From: Haliotis rubra
Lineage: Eukaryota
DNA length: 64,000 nt
Assembly: GCF_003918875.1 (NCBI RefSeq)
Contig: NW_025766059.1
Coordinates: 310,001-374,000, forward strand
Direction of reading: 5' to 3'
Shown here: positions 24,850 through 38,800 of the stretch, one piece after another
Layout: every line of letters begins with the position of its first letter
How positions within the stretch are numbered: the stretch's first letter is position 1
Translations under genes and position numbers: made by a program
The notes under the pieces: generated by a model
The model's input: only the letters and a program-made list of their open reading frames with translations
Told to the model about the DNA's origin: nothing
Database searches by the model: none

Positions 24850-26806
24850 TTATTTCCTTTTTATACTCCTCAAGAAGTTACGCTCCAAGCAGTCCGGACA
24901 AAACCAATCTCCCTCAGGTTCAGCTTTCAGGTTCACACATGACAAATGAAACCACTCAAAGGGCTTGTTGGGACAGTCTTCAGAGTCACAGCCAATCATA
25001 ATACCGCCTTTTGCACCATCACAAACACAGAACAGTTCCAGGTTTTCCTCAGATGCGTCCAGTCCAGGTGAGGGTTTGGAGGACTTTGATACAGCTGCTG
25101 TCGTAGCCTTGGACTTGGATGTCTTCTCTTTTGTAGCTGGTTTTTGCTTGGTCGCCTTTCTATTTGTAGACTCTGGCTGTCTAAGGGGCTTCTTCTTCGT
25201 TGATTTCTTTCCCGCAGATGAGATTGTCTCCTCTTCACTTAATCTGTATAATTTACCAACAAGTTCCGGAAGAATGACTGTGGCAAAACATCTTGACGAT
25301 CGATCCAGTAACTTGTTCCACACTTCGCTGTTGGGCTCAATCCGTTGAAGGAAAATGTCTTTTGGAGTCCATACAACAAAATCACAGTAGTCTACATCAG
25401 CAACATGGATATGAGTCTGAACTTGGGAATAATATGCATGGGTTTCCTTCAATTTAAGTCCTGCATTGGTATTCTCAAGACAAGATCCTTTCTGAGCTCT
25501 GACATTCTCATCTCTCATGCAATATAGACACTTCACTTCAACACATCCTCTTCCACAACAGTCACATTCAACTATGCCATCTGGAGAAGCGCCGAGGTGA
25601 GGATAGTCTTTGTTGAGAAACAGTCCACAAGGTTGGGTCTTGAAATTAACATGATTTTCCAAGGAAATACCAGTGTAGTGTCTCCTTGCAACATCTTCAT
25701 GATCACAACCCCATTGCATAGCAGCATTTGTAAATCTGTGTTCATGTGGATAACAAATTTGTTTCACTAAGCTGTATGATGGTTTGTCACATGATGTCGC
25801 ACAAGCAGCTTTTATCCTTGAAGATGTTATTCGTCCTGTCCAGAACCGAAACCACAAGTTACAGTCAGCTTGTTGCCTGGTAGCTGCCTCAACATTGATG
25901 GCTTCTTCCTCTGTAAAGGCAATACTGGGAAGTAGTGTACCGCAATGTTCCACTAGTTCGTCACGAGACATTCCTTCACACTTGTCATCCCTCAGTTCAG
26001 ATAACACCTTGGGGTACTTGGCCTGAAGACTAGTTGGCACATAGTCTGCGCTATACTCTTTCTTCACTGCCAAACAAACTGGTTTGTCTTCCTTCAGTGT
26101 CTTGAAAAAAGTGTCATACCTTGCCTGGGAAATGTTCACTGATAGCTTCTTCGCTGAGGTCTCATCCCTAATTACTTCAGTGTGGGTGGAATCAATTTGT
26201 TTATCAAGTTGTTTTTTAAGTGTTTTTGCTGATGTAAAATCAATGTCACGTAGTGGAGCATACTGAACACTTGTCTTTGAAGCAGGTAACATCCAGTAGG
26301 CAGGTTTCTGAGTCACTGTACTGGCCTCTCATCCTGACTGTTGCCTCTACATAAAACAAAACTGATGCCACGTGAGAAAAACTCTCTCCCAATTCTGCCT
26401 TACAGTCACAGTGAGCTGGCGTTACCTTAGTTTGCTTATCCGTGATTATCCAGGGTGTCAAACTTGGGTCAGATAATTTCTGAGAATGCATGACTCTTGC
26501 CTTGATAACACGATGTCCACTGGGCTGATGCAGATAAACAGAAACGTCACGAACCCATCCACAAACAAACCGGTCATAGCTGTCAAGACTCGTGAAATTC
26601 TGAAAGTCTTTCAATGTGTAAAATGGGCTGGGTTGAAAAATCAAGCAATTCACCAAGTCCGGGTATGAAACTTCTGGGAAGCTGTCGTGATCTTTACTCC
26701 ACTCAGACGTGTCGATCTGGTAAGGATCTTCACCACCAATTACACATATTTTCTCCTTGTAACGGGTAAAAGCCTTCTTGTCTAATGACTCGGAATACTT
26801 CTTCAT
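24850..26806 (-). pseudogene. ISL2EU accessory protein: SWIM Zn finger, YqaJ/lambda-exonuclease-like PD-(D/E)XK domain and C-terminal PHD finger; one frameshift near 26320
   Basis: AHCDCKAELGESFSHVASVL (SWIM-like); RITSS, LGASPDG..EVKC, YYSQVQ (YqaJ); FCVC..MIGCDSEDC..EWFHLSCV..WFCPDC (ING-type PHD). Confidence 0.88.
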
Positions 26807-27084
26807 GCTACAAAATCAGGTGAACAGTTATTTTCCACTGAATACTTCGGAAATATCACGTCTGTACTGGTAAGCGCTATAATGTGAGAATGACTCTGCA
26901 ATGAAGCCTTCCAAAATGGCCGACCGTAAGGCCTTGTGGGATACTGTTGCTATTTTTAGTAAAAATGACGAAGCCCTCTATTGTGAAATTAATTTCAAAT
27001 TTCTGCAATTTTGCAATTTTGTGAAACCAGCAAAATGGTGTTTGAACTTTAGAAGTTTCTTGAATCCCCTATGCCAGAGACTGA

Positions 27085-27210
27085 CTGACTGAGTTTAGTT
27101 TTACGCCGCTTTTAGCAATATTCCAGCAACATCACGGCGGGGGACACCAGAAATGGGGCCTTCGGTGTGACGAGCCAACGCTTTTAACCACTAGGCTACC
27201 CCACCGCCCC
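27085..27210 (-). mobile_element. tRNA-derived SINE (internally deleted)
   Basis: Head ggggcggtggggtagcctagtgg, (CAGT)n tail, TSD ctatgccagagac; same family as 40728-40875, 41056-41140 and 56150-56305. Confidence 0.8.
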
Positions 27211-27662
27211 CTATGCCAGAGACAGTTGGGGATTTGCTCATATCAGATTTATTGCAAACTCTTCACATTTCAAACTTGAGGCCAAACCTGCTATGAGGAA
27301 ATTTCAGATTTTGAAAATTTTGTTGAATCACTGTATTGATGAGGAGTTTTTGAACATGAAGTTTTGGAAATGGTGAAAGAAGAAAATTCAGAAAATTTGG
27401 AGATGAAAAAACTTGAAATTCAAATGCAAATTCAGAAAGAAGGAATAGATTATAGAAAAGGAAAAGAAGAATGGGGATTCTTAAACCTTTTGTCATGGCA
27501 AATTTTTAACCGTAACATATGCAACAGAGACCAAAACACCAAATTGTCGACGATTGATAACACTGAAAGCGTTCCGGGCGACTCGCGACAGCTGAGAAGA
27601 ACCAGGCGCTAGGAAGACTTGAAGCTGGCCACACTGCACAAGCCGTTGCCAATCACTTCCAG

Positions 27663-28208
27663 CAGTCTAAGTAAGCTTAGGCTCAGTATTATTTGGTACA
27701 CTGCTATACTGAGTCTTACAAAACCTAGTAGAAGGTCGCGTCAGCTAACCTTTTGGGAGCTATGACCGTCAATCAAACCTAGTCTGCTGACACTGATCTA
27801 TCAACAAAAATGAAAATCGCTGACACTGATCTATCAACAAATGAAAATCCGCAGAAAACACAGATATTTGACCTGCAGTATTTTCGCTTATTGGTTTATA
27901 ATGACATGGTTACAGATTTGCTTATATTTTCGCAAGATGACATCCTTGAATATTGACAAAAACGCTATTTACAGCGACTGTTTACTCATTACGTGTATCA
28001 GTCGGAAGCGATCGTGCGGAAAAATAGCATTCGGAATCGTTCGAGTTTTTGAGGTAAAGGTTCAAACGGTATGTGCGAATGTTACTTTCGCGATTTGGTA
28101 AACTGATTGGTCAGTCCAAAGGTTAGCTGGCGCGACCTTCTACTAGGTTTTGTTAGACTCAGTATAGCAGTGTAACGAATAATACTGAGCCTAAGTTTAC
28201 TTAGGCTG
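27663..28208. mobile_element. Non-autonomous element with long TIRs (MULE/fold-back-like)
   Basis: About 90-bp TIRs (cagtctaagtaagcttaggctcagtattat... / ...aataatactgagcctaagtttacttaggctg) and a 10-bp TSD tcacttccag. Confidence 0.88.
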
Positions 28209-28379
28209 TCACTTCCAGGTCAGCGTTCGGACCATCTACAGGCTGCAACACCGTTTCCGGGCCACCAACACCACGAAAGATCGCCCCCGTACTGGCAGAC
28301 CAAGAGTGACCACAAGACGACAAGACTTCAACTTCTTTATTTCTCCTACAACCATCCAGCGGTGGTACAAGAGTACAAA

Positions 28380-29095
28380 AAGCATCGGATTACTTTTAAA
28401 AATGACGAGATGGGGCACAGTTAGCATTTAAAGTGTGATAGTATACTATTAATAAACATCGATAGCATTTTCAGTTCTGCTGTTTTCTCTGTACACATTA
28501 GTTGTTTGAATGTAACCAGATTTTTCCAGTTAAGGTATTGCGAAGGAATATACTTTCGTCTACTATCATTAAAGTAACTACATCTCAGTAAATAATGAAG
28601 TTCATCAGCTATTGCGGGGAGTTGTATAACTTACATGTTCTATTTTCTCTGGTTATGCCCTCCCAGCTGCCGGTCTCGATGGGTAGAAGGTGGTTAGTTG
28701 TTCTGAATTTCAGCATGGGGATATAAACATTGGCTTGAAGAAAAAAGTAACGTTCAAATATTAAAGAGTCTTTTATAGTCCTATAATAAAGAGCCTTGGG
28801 GCTATTATTCATTAAAGACCACCAGCTCTGAGTAAATTGGTCTTTTAAAACTAGTTCTACCTTTAAGGCCAGCCAATCAGTGTTAACACATTCTGGATTT
28901 CTGAAAATATTACTAAGACCTAAATGATTTAACGTACATTCAATAAAATTTAACCATTTATCTTGATAGCCATAGTGCTGTTTGTGTAGTGTAACGAAGT
29001 TGTGTAAAGTGTGAGATAATTTAAAGTTTGATATTTTAGGTACAGCAAGAGTGTGCCAATATTTAATCAATCGCTTTACAATCTTAATGTTGTGC
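28380..29095 (-). mobile_element. Non-LTR retrotransposon 3' fragment
   Basis: C-terminal LINE motif KFRTTNHLLPIETG...RTCKL. Confidence 0.8.
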
Positions 29096-29887
29096 GACAG
29101 CATGTACTGCGTATCAACTGCAGATGGCAGAATAAGAATATGGCGACGACGTGGCCAGCGTCACTCAAACCAATGTGTTATGGAAAGAGACTCATGGGGA
29201 GGTGCAACCATCTTGGTATGGGGTGGAATAGGCTTGAACCAGAGAGTGGGTCCTGTGGTGTTCCAGAACCTTGGTCCAGGGAGAGGAGGCGGCATCACAG
29301 CGGTGCGCTACATCGACCAAGCTCTCAGACCCCACGCCATACCACATTTAGCACGTCACCGGAACAACATTTTCTAGCATGATAGCGCCCGGGCCCATAC
29401 TGCCAGAGCTACACGGAACTTCCTACAACAGAACGGTGTCAACATTATGCAGAAGCCAGCCCTTAGACCTGATTTAAACCCAATGGAACATCTTCGGGAT
29501 GAAATTCAGAGGAGACTGAATAATGTCATGCCAAGGCCGAACACAGCCGATTTATTGCGCCAGGCCTTCCTCAGAGTGTGGTTCCAGGTGCCAATGGCCT
29601 TCGTCAATCGAATCAATGAAGTCAAGGGTCTGAATGTACTGCAAACGTTCACGTAATGTCTTGAAATTGTTATTCATTGATGTGTCAAGATATTGTACAC
29701 AAAAAATGTTTTTGATCCGCTTGTTATGCCCATTTCTGTAATGATTTGATTACAGTGCCTATCTAATTTTGAATTCGTACTGACGTGTTGTTTTGCTGCT
29801 GAGTATATATGTATAGGACCGTTACAAGGCTTGTTTAAGGTTCTAATGCTGCTTGCACACAGTCTACCCCGCCTCTGGGGGTGTTGG

Positions 29888-32800
29888 TTAAGTCCTGGCT
29901 CCCTCTGGCGTAGCTTTGGCTTGTCCTGTTTCTGTAGGGTATGCTGGAACTGGTCCAGGAGGGTAAGATGGTGGAGGTTGTGCCGTCCCTGCAGGTTGAG
30001 TGTAGTGTGTACCTGGAGCAGGCTGAGGCGCGTAGACGTATCCGGCAGCGTATGCCCCGGGGGTAGTGTTTGGACCTAGATAGAAATAGACACGATCAGC
30101 TGAACATGTAGTGTAGTAATCCTATCAGTTGGTTAGCAAGCCAAGGATATACGACATGTCTGTTCCCGACTGGCACAGTTCTGGTAACAAATAGTCGACA
30201 AAGGCTGCTTTGCACTGGTTTGTTAAAACACATTCCTAGAATTTTATGGACAGTCAGATGATCATTTCCATTATCATTATGAATATATTTCCATCTACTG
30301 TCTTCTCACTTTCACACAAACACATATTTTATCGTTCGTGATCACACTTAAGTCTAGTAGAATCCATCGTTGACAGTATGGTACTGAGACATGTAACCAG
30401 GAAAAATCGGGGAGTCTTAGCTTTTTAGCAAACTTGATGAAGGCAATTCTGAAAGCAGCCTGCAGATGCAGTGTGTTGGGGTATTACAATCTACTGTTTT
30501 ACTATCGTTTATGATTCTGCAGCAAAACTAATTACCAATTACAACCGGATAACATAATGTAGTCTTAACATGCCACGAATCAAATGTTCAAATACGCTGA
30601 TGGTCAGTTACTATGCACCTGTCCATAATATACTTTAAACTTCATTTTATACTACATTTGAAAGACGGTGTAATCTTTAATCAGTGTCCCAAATGAAATC
30701 TTTGAAACATTATGGTTATTGAATGGATGTTGTATTGTGGGAATTCTGCTTTGTTTCTTTCTCTATCAGAAGCTGCCACTTGATTGATGGCAAGGAATGC
30801 AAAATCACGCATACATGTGTGTAATACGTTCCTTGCGCTGAGTAATACTCATGTCACAGCGGCCTCAATGAGTAAGTTTCAATAGTGACGTGTAGGGTTA
30901 GAGTACGAGTCGTCTGAATGTTATGTAATAAATACAGAACATCACACTAGTGACATACACTGTAACAACGTATGGATTTACAACTTCTTTATGTATTTTA
31001 TCTACAACACGCCGTTTCTGGGCTACGTCTTGCCCCTTCATTGTGTTGTAAATAATAGAGAGGTTGTAAATCAATACCATACATTGTTCTGTTAACTTCT
31101 GAGTGAGTGAGGGAGGGAGTTTAGGTTTACGCTGCACTCAGCAATATTCCAGCTATATGGTAGCGGTCTGTAAATAATCGAGTCTGGACGAGGCAATCCA
31201 GTGATCAACAGCATGAGCATCGATCTGCGCAATTGGGAACCGATGACATGTGTCAACCAAGCAAGCGAGCCTGACCACCCGATCCCGTTAGTCGCCTCTT
31301 ACGACAAGCATGGGTTACTGAAGATCAATTCTAACCCGGACCTTCACGGGTAATGTTAACTTTTCAAATGCCCATCAAGTATCTGTCATACTCGATATTG
31401 AACTCGAAGATGTCATAGTAGGAGAGAAACAACTGGTTCTCGTTGTTTCTCTAATACCATGACATTCATTCAATACACAAGGTCCCAATGTCCCGGTATG
31501 GTCCCGGTATTTACCCATTACAAAGATGATTATAGTGATATATGTACAGTACCATTTGTAGGTAATACAGCAAGCAGATGACCGGTGGTAACAAGTTGAC
31601 CTTGGTGACCTTTAGATGCTCGGCAGCAGCAGCGTACACAACACATGACTAATCCAACAATCACGACGACCGTCAACACAGCACTGCAGACGATCCCGAT
31701 AATTAGTGCAACCGTCGCAGTCGTTTCGGCATTGTTTCCGCTGCAAGAAACATGTTGGGCAATATGTAAAACCGCCTTGCCATTATCGCAGAGAACATAC
31801 TAAGGGAGCATTGCTACCATCAGTTCCAACCATGCTACCTCATTCTACAAAACAACACACAATAATTAGTTTTTAAGATTTTCTAGCATCCCGATTCATC
31901 GCCAAGATAAAAAATATAAGATGCTGAGTGCCAACAACCACATTTGTCATGAAATCTTAGGTTGACACCGACTTCATGCCCATTTCCGTTCCTACGATTA
32001 TGCATCTCAAGAAGACTGGTATACCTGATGCTCTTGTAACACTGGTACTGATGTGGCTTGTTCACGTATATCATTGAATGATTGACAGAAATAATGCCAT
32101 CGCTTGGATTGGTGACTAGGGAACTAGCTCATAATTTAGCCGAACGTTGACAAAGACGAAGTAAAGCTTGAGTTCAAACTTCTTTAGTTGGTTCCACAAC
32201 ACATGACAAACAAGTATACATGAATGAGGTGAACGAATTCCAGCTCAACCCCAGGACGTTTCCTACGAGCGGCATCATCCTGTTCGCGGTCGTCCCTACA
32301 CAGACAGTCGGTGAGGTGAGGTGAAATTAGGTTTAACGTCGTACTTGAGAATATTTCGCTCATATGACGACGTGCATGCGTGTGTACGTGTATGTGCGGC
32401 TGCTTGTACTAGCCCAGACTGAAGCCGGTTTTATAGTGCTAGCCCACTGAGATACAATGCGGCAGTGAAGCATGAATACCCCACTCAGACGCATTATACT
32501 GACTCCGAGCCGACCAGTCCTTGTTGAACCCATTAATGCCGAGCGCCAGGCGGGGACCACAGACAGTCGGAATACCAGACTCCTTGACAATATGGATGTG
32601 AGGGAATGTGAAATGTGAAACTGTGTTTGTTCAGTAAAGGGGCCACCGGCCCATTATACACGTACATGTACATACAACATGATGTATAAGATGTGATGAA
32701 GCGCCGTAACATATCACATTGCATCAATTCAGTTGAAAAAATGTAAACGTTTCTTAAAAGCTAGAAATACATATTTAGCTAAATTATTAATAAGAGGAGC

Positions 32801-35800
32801 ATTATAAGACGACAACAATTGAAAAAAATTATGGAGAGATTGAGAAGAGTAACAATATTTAGGGAGCATGTCTTGACGAAGATGATTATAAACATTACAT
32901 TCTAAGCAAAAGTGATATTCATACTCAATAATGGGTACAGTACAAAAAGGGCATAATCTTTCGCTCGGTGCTAGGCCGATCTTTGGTCCTTAACTCGATT
33001 AGGAGTTGATGATTAGCGCATCGGAGCTTACAGACTGCATACAGTAAACTGGTACAGTAATCAGCAATAAATAATCCTCACATTTAATTTCACTTTTAAA
33101 AAATTTATATAACCGAAGTTTGGAATAACTTGATATGCTTTCAAAGAAACACTGGTTATCAATAGCAACACACCTTTCCTTTAAACTTGAAATGAAACTG
33201 TTAATACAGCCTACATCTTGATTCACCCATACATAGCCGAATCCGTAACTAAACAATAATTTTTTAGCATCTAATGCCCAACACTTCGTTCCAGCTTCTG
33301 CCAAACTATATTGAAACTGATAAGCTTTGTTTAAAATAACATTTTCTTCTTGGAACAACAACCTTACCCAGTATTTAATAATCTTAACGTACTGATGAAC
33401 ACGAAGAGAATACCTACCAAGTTCACCACGAGCTACGAAATTAGGTGTTGTTCTACCCAACTGTAAAACGTCTTTACAATAGTTATCATTAACCCGCGCA
33501 ACGTCACTTGATGGATGAAACCCCCAGATTCCTGTGCCATACAGAAGAATAGGTAGAATTATAAAATCGACAATCCTGTGAGGGAAATTAAGATATATAT
33601 GAAAGTTAGAGCGGATAATTCTTAGAACTTTTAAGGCCTTTTCGTCTTTTGGTAAATTGTGGAAAGGACCTTCTGAGAGATGTACTATGAACCTGAACTT
33701 GAAAAATGTACCCCGAGATATTTATAACTACTAACAACCTCTAACCGTTCACCATGAAAGAGAAACTTATCATATTCTCTAAGCTTACCAGCCTTCCTAA
33801 ATACCATTACGTTAGTTTCTATATTTACCTTGAACTGCCATTTATCACAATAATTACTTATCGAGCCTTTTTGTAATCCTATAACTGTACTGTCCACAAC
33901 AGCCATGTCGTCAGCAAACAATAACATAAATATCTGCAAAACTCTATACTCCTCTGATCATCATCACCAAAAAAGTCAATAATTTACATACTGAGAAAAT
34001 AGGAAGGGTAACAACTGACAGCCCTGTCGAACGCCATACACACACTCAAAGAAATCAGTAAAGCCTTCATATAGTGAAACTCAAGACTTTACATTAAAAT
34101 ACATAATCTTTAATCAATCGAAAAACTCTACCCTTAATATTAGCCTGGCACAACTTCAATAGAAGACCATCCCTAAAGACTGAATCAAATGCCGCCTTTA
34201 GGTCTATAAATGCACAATATACTCTACCCTTATGAAGTGTTAAATATTTAGAGATGACAGTGCCCAACACAAAAATATTGTCAGTAGTTTGGAAGCCTTT
34301 CCTAAAACCCGCCTGCTCTGGAATAAGATTTCATAACCTGCCCATATAACCAATCTATTACAGATAACTTTTGAAAAGATTTTACCGGATACCTCCAGTA
34401 AAGTAATAGGTCTATGGTTGGAGGGTAAGTGCTTATCGACCTTTTTGTGGATAGGTATAATAACGCTTTTAGACCAAGCCTTGGGGTAAATACCTGTAAC
34501 CAAAATGGAAGTTTGGGAGCATTTTTGAAGAATTCGATTGGTAAACCACTATAACTTGGCGCCTTACCACATGCCATGTCGGCAATTGCATTACTGATTT
34601 CTCCACAAGAGATGTCACGATCAACAAGAGATGTCACGATCAACAAGAGATGTCACGATCAAGGAAGTCTACAAAAAGGGTATCATCAATTGATTGAACA
34701 AAGACTATTACAGAGAGATAAAAAACGTTCTCTTCCTGGGAAACATTAGGTCCATTGAATAATTTTTTAAGTTTTCAGTCCAAGCACTATTAGTATTTTT
34801 ATTGGATATAGGGTCTGTTCTTTTTCTCACAATAGACCAGAAGTATTATTATCATTTAGAGTAAGGGAATTCAGCAGAGATTGCGTAACAGAGTCAAACA
34901 CCGCAGTGTGCTTGGTTGCGCAGAGCTGCTTGTACTCAATCAATCTTTATTTACTCTAAGTTACCACCATGAGTAGTTACACAGAATAAACATAATATTT
35001 ACAACAAGATGGCAAATAATTTCTTCAGAAAATGTGATAAATTCGTAATGATCTTAATATTCCCATTACACATTAGTTTCTTACAATTTACTAAAGATGG
35101 ACATTGGTAATAATACTCATTAATCAAACTTTTACGTTGAGTTGATAAAGCAGTAAAATCAAATAGATAGTGGAATTCATCACCGATAAGTTACACTTAG
35201 TACATAATCTATCTTGACGAGTAATGTTATAATATCGTCCCTTTTCTACTGGTAAATTGTGGTTGCTTGTTCTAAAATATAATATTGGTTTATAAACGTT
35301 TTCATTCAATAAAAGATATTGCTCATTACATGCATGTGGAATCCTTAATGATAGAACAATAAAAACCTTTAGATGAATTGTTAACATCACTTCGCCATGA
35401 CTGTAAAAATTGATATTTTAACATGTCACAAACTGTTGCAATTATCCATTTTTGCAGTAATTCTGAGGAATATCGAAAATGAGTGGTAGACTACATGTTA
35501 CAAATATAGTTTTGACGTACTTCAACCAAGGATATGATATACTCTTGTTTATATATATAATTAAGCAGAAGTGGCGCAATTTTATTGTTTGGTTGGGGAC
35601 ATAATAATTTAGACCAATATGAGATCACACGTTTAGCCACTTCTTAGCGCAGTGGGGATCTGCCGAATTCACCGTAAACCATAAAATTTGGTGTAGACAT
35701 CTTTAAACCTGCTGCCAATTTTAAGAACTTCAAATGAACACGCTCGATAATAATAATGTTTTCAAACCCCAAAATTTTGCAACCATAAAAGCAGAATCGG

Positions 35801-38800
35801 AAGTACAAGAAATGAGACAACCCAAAGGTAGATTTAAGTTTCTCGCACGCTTTAATAAGGACATTGAAGCTTGTTACCCATATCGGCCAATAGCCATTAT
35901 CATCCTATGAAATGTAATTCCAAGGTATTTTAAAGTATCTACAATATCAAGCGGTTCCTGTTTATAAAAAAAAAAATAGTTTATTTTTGGTTTGCAGGCC
36001 CAGATCCAAAAATAAGAATTTTAGTCTTTTCATGGTTAACTTCCAGTTTCCATAAATCACAGTAACGTGAAAACCAATTAAGTTGGGTTTTTGTAGTTCG
36101 TAACTACTATCCGCTAGTAGTACCGTGTCATCAGCATACTATAAAACTAATGGTTTAATGTACATATTTACAACATCATTATCTAACTCGAGACTCAAAC
36201 CATCACACTGACTAGTAAGGTAATCTTCAAGATCATTCAAATACAATGAAAACAATATAGGCGAGAGATTTTCGCCTTGGCGTACCCTGAAAGACACGGA
36301 AAGAAATTGGATTGTATACGATTCACCGCTACACAAGATTTGATATCGCAATACATATTTTGAATAATTTCCCATTGACACCATGACGTAGTAACTTTAT
36401 CCAAAGACCGGTTCGCCACACTTTGTCAAACGCCTTGGAAAAATCGACAAAGGCACAGAACAGCTTTTTATGTCGATTTTTCAGAGAATTGATAAGATTT
36501 TGTATAACGAACACATTGTCCGTTGTTGAAAAGCCTTTTCGAAAGCCCGACTGTGTATGAGAAATTATATGAAACATTTCGCAAAAACTTGTTAGGCGTT
36601 CATTAATAATCGAGGTAAATAATTTGCCAAAGCAGCTGAGAACAGAAATCGGCCGGTATGAATTTGGGTCAGAAACTTTTCCCTTTTTCTTGTTTACTGG
36701 TTTAATCACACCTGTGAGCCATGCCTCGGGAAAAATTCCAGAATTTAATATCAAATTTATGAAATCTGTGTAAACTGTTAATAACCAAGGCGACACTGCA
36801 GTAAGACGTTCATTTCTTACTAGGTCTAATCCGGGAGCTTTATATGATTCTTTGATCGTTTTAATACCAACATGACTTCATTTTCTGATATCTCGTCATT
36901 TAATATATCTCGTCAGTCTGGAGTATTTTCAACTTCAAAATCGTCTCCATTTCCCATCACTTCAGTTTCATTTATCAGTTTAAACTGATCGTATAAAACT
37001 TCAAGTGAGATATTTTCCGGAGCAGCTTGTCCTTCAGTCTCATCAGTCGATTCTCTGTCTCTCTGTAGACACGTTTTCTTGTGGGTGGGGCTGCTCCAAA
37101 TTTAAGTTGAACAATCTTTGCCTTGTCTGCAGTGTCAATCTTCCTAATGACTTCAGTGAATCTGAAGATATTTGGATGGCGATGGGGCTAGGTCTGGTTG
37201 AGTCTGCTGTGAATCCCACCAAGTTGTTGGTGCGGGGTCCGACTGTTGATAGTATTCCTTTGCGTGTGGACTTCACACACTTCCAGTGTATGCAAGTGTG
37301 TCGGACAACATTCTTGTTGTAGACATACCCGTCTAACAAGACTTGTGAGGTTCCTTTCTGCGAGGTTACAAACTCTACTTTTCTTATGCCAGCCATTTTG
37401 CATATTCCTACTACAGGTTGACATTGGTTATATACTACAGTTTTAATCTCTAATAAAGTGAGAAGACTCAATTTGTAATATCAACTACATTTTTGACTGA
37501 ATTTTAAGTGTTTATTATCTAATTAATATTTATTAAATGTTTAAAATTATAACTGTTGCATGTCTCCACTGAATTGGCGATCTTGCATTATGTTGTTACT
37601 GCATTCACATACAACTCTTTCGTCTTACCAGGGATACTCTACAACAGAGTCTCCTTGATCTTACTTAGTAAGTAATAAGTTGTGACTGAACCTGTTTATT
37701 GGATATTTACACAGCGCACATATCCACCCAACTAATACATGCTAAAGGCGCTGGTATTGTTTCCCTCAATCATTGGATGTCAATCTCAACTGCCTAGGGA
37801 ACATAGAACTCTTGCTGCCACAAGGCACACCGAGTTATTGCTGCTTCCCTATCCTTACGAGGTGCCCATTCACAGCTGGGTGGTCATATACCTCTACGCC
37901 CAACTACTCCCTCTATAATCCCACCCCTAGGCTGTTCCATGATATCCATAGGTACGTGCATAATTCTGCCTTGACCTTTTGTAGAAGTTTTGGCATGTAG
38001 AAGTTTTGGCAGATAACCATGGTAGGCGCGGAGCCGACACTGGGCTACGAGTTGCGCCGACTTACATTCACTGGCATACCAGTTGCCTCCCTTTGTCAAG
38101 TCATGTCACCTACACTTAACTTGCTTGAAGTGAAGCGCTTGCACAGTTTAATAGGTTGGCATGAAGAGAGTCATGTGCATTGTTAACTTCGTTTTTGTTT
38201 AATAATTCTTTGAAGTTGTCTATGAGCTGATCTGTTATAGAGTCCCACCTATCCATAAATAAGGACTGGTTTTCAGCATTCCATCTGTATCTATCTAACA
38301 ATTAAAATTTTGTTCAAAGTTTTCGCTGCAATCAAAATTATTCAGAGATAGAGAGAATACAATTGGGAAGTGTGATGATTCGACTTGATCGCACACTGAA
38401 AAATCACAGAAAATTTTGAATGTTTTTTCTGGGCAGATCACATAATCGACGACACTCATTGGCTACACAAGTAATTTTACCCACATGTTTGTCGCTGAAA
38501 AGACGACCATTGCAAATCCGGAAACCAGTTCTTTTACAGAAATCTAGCAGTGCACGACCTCTACTATTAACACCAGCATCCTGGGAACTGCGAGCTGGTA
38601 TAGTATCATCATTTATATAATGAACATCATCCACAGCAATGTAGCGAGCATCGTCATTTTCAATGTAGTCTGGTAAGGTCCCCGTTCTGGCTTTAAAGTC
38701 ACCCTTTAAGATAACTGACAATATGGGTATGCTTCTCTAAATGATAAAATGTCTGTTTCTATAACGTCTAAAAGGTTTTCATGAGAGTCACTTGAGCCAC

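Larger units (their letters stand above)
20624..26979 (+). mobile_element. ISL2EU-type (PIF/Harbinger-related) DNA transposon, both ends intact
   Basis: TIR agagggcttcg / cgaagccctct; subterminal inverted ggccattttggaaggctt / aagccttccaaaatggcc; AT TSD (20622-20623, 26980-26981); convergent THAP-DDE and YqaJ genes. Confidence 0.88.
19863..27490 (+). mobile_element. 5' part of a Gypsy-like LTR retrotransposon (LTR 19863-20574, PBS, gag remnant about 27200-27490), split by the ISL2EU insertion
   Basis: TG...CA LTR followed by ttggggctcgtcccggat, resembling the tRNA-Pro PBS; the internal sequence resumes at 26982 with a charged coiled-coil gag-like remnant (LEMKKLEIQMQIQKE). Confidence 0.75.
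27490..29805 (+). mobile_element. Tc1/mariner relic interrupted by a fold-back MITE and a LINE fragment
   Basis: HTH part at 27570-27660 and 28219-28345; DDE part at 29110-29656 (VWGGIG, HDSARAH, RPDLNPMEHL); ends in gctgag followed by TA. Confidence 0.8.

Noticed and set aside
20624-26979. Kolobok or host HARBI1/THAP gene assignment
   Set aside because: AT TSD rather than TTAA, DDE_Tnp_4 motifs, a convergent YqaJ gene and TIRs fit ISL2EU better
31280-31350. HDV-like or twister ribozyme in the SINE-like head (gtcgtaagaggcgactaa hairpin)
   Set aside because: Hairpins are present, but I could not fit a complete nested double pseudoknot or twister core by eye
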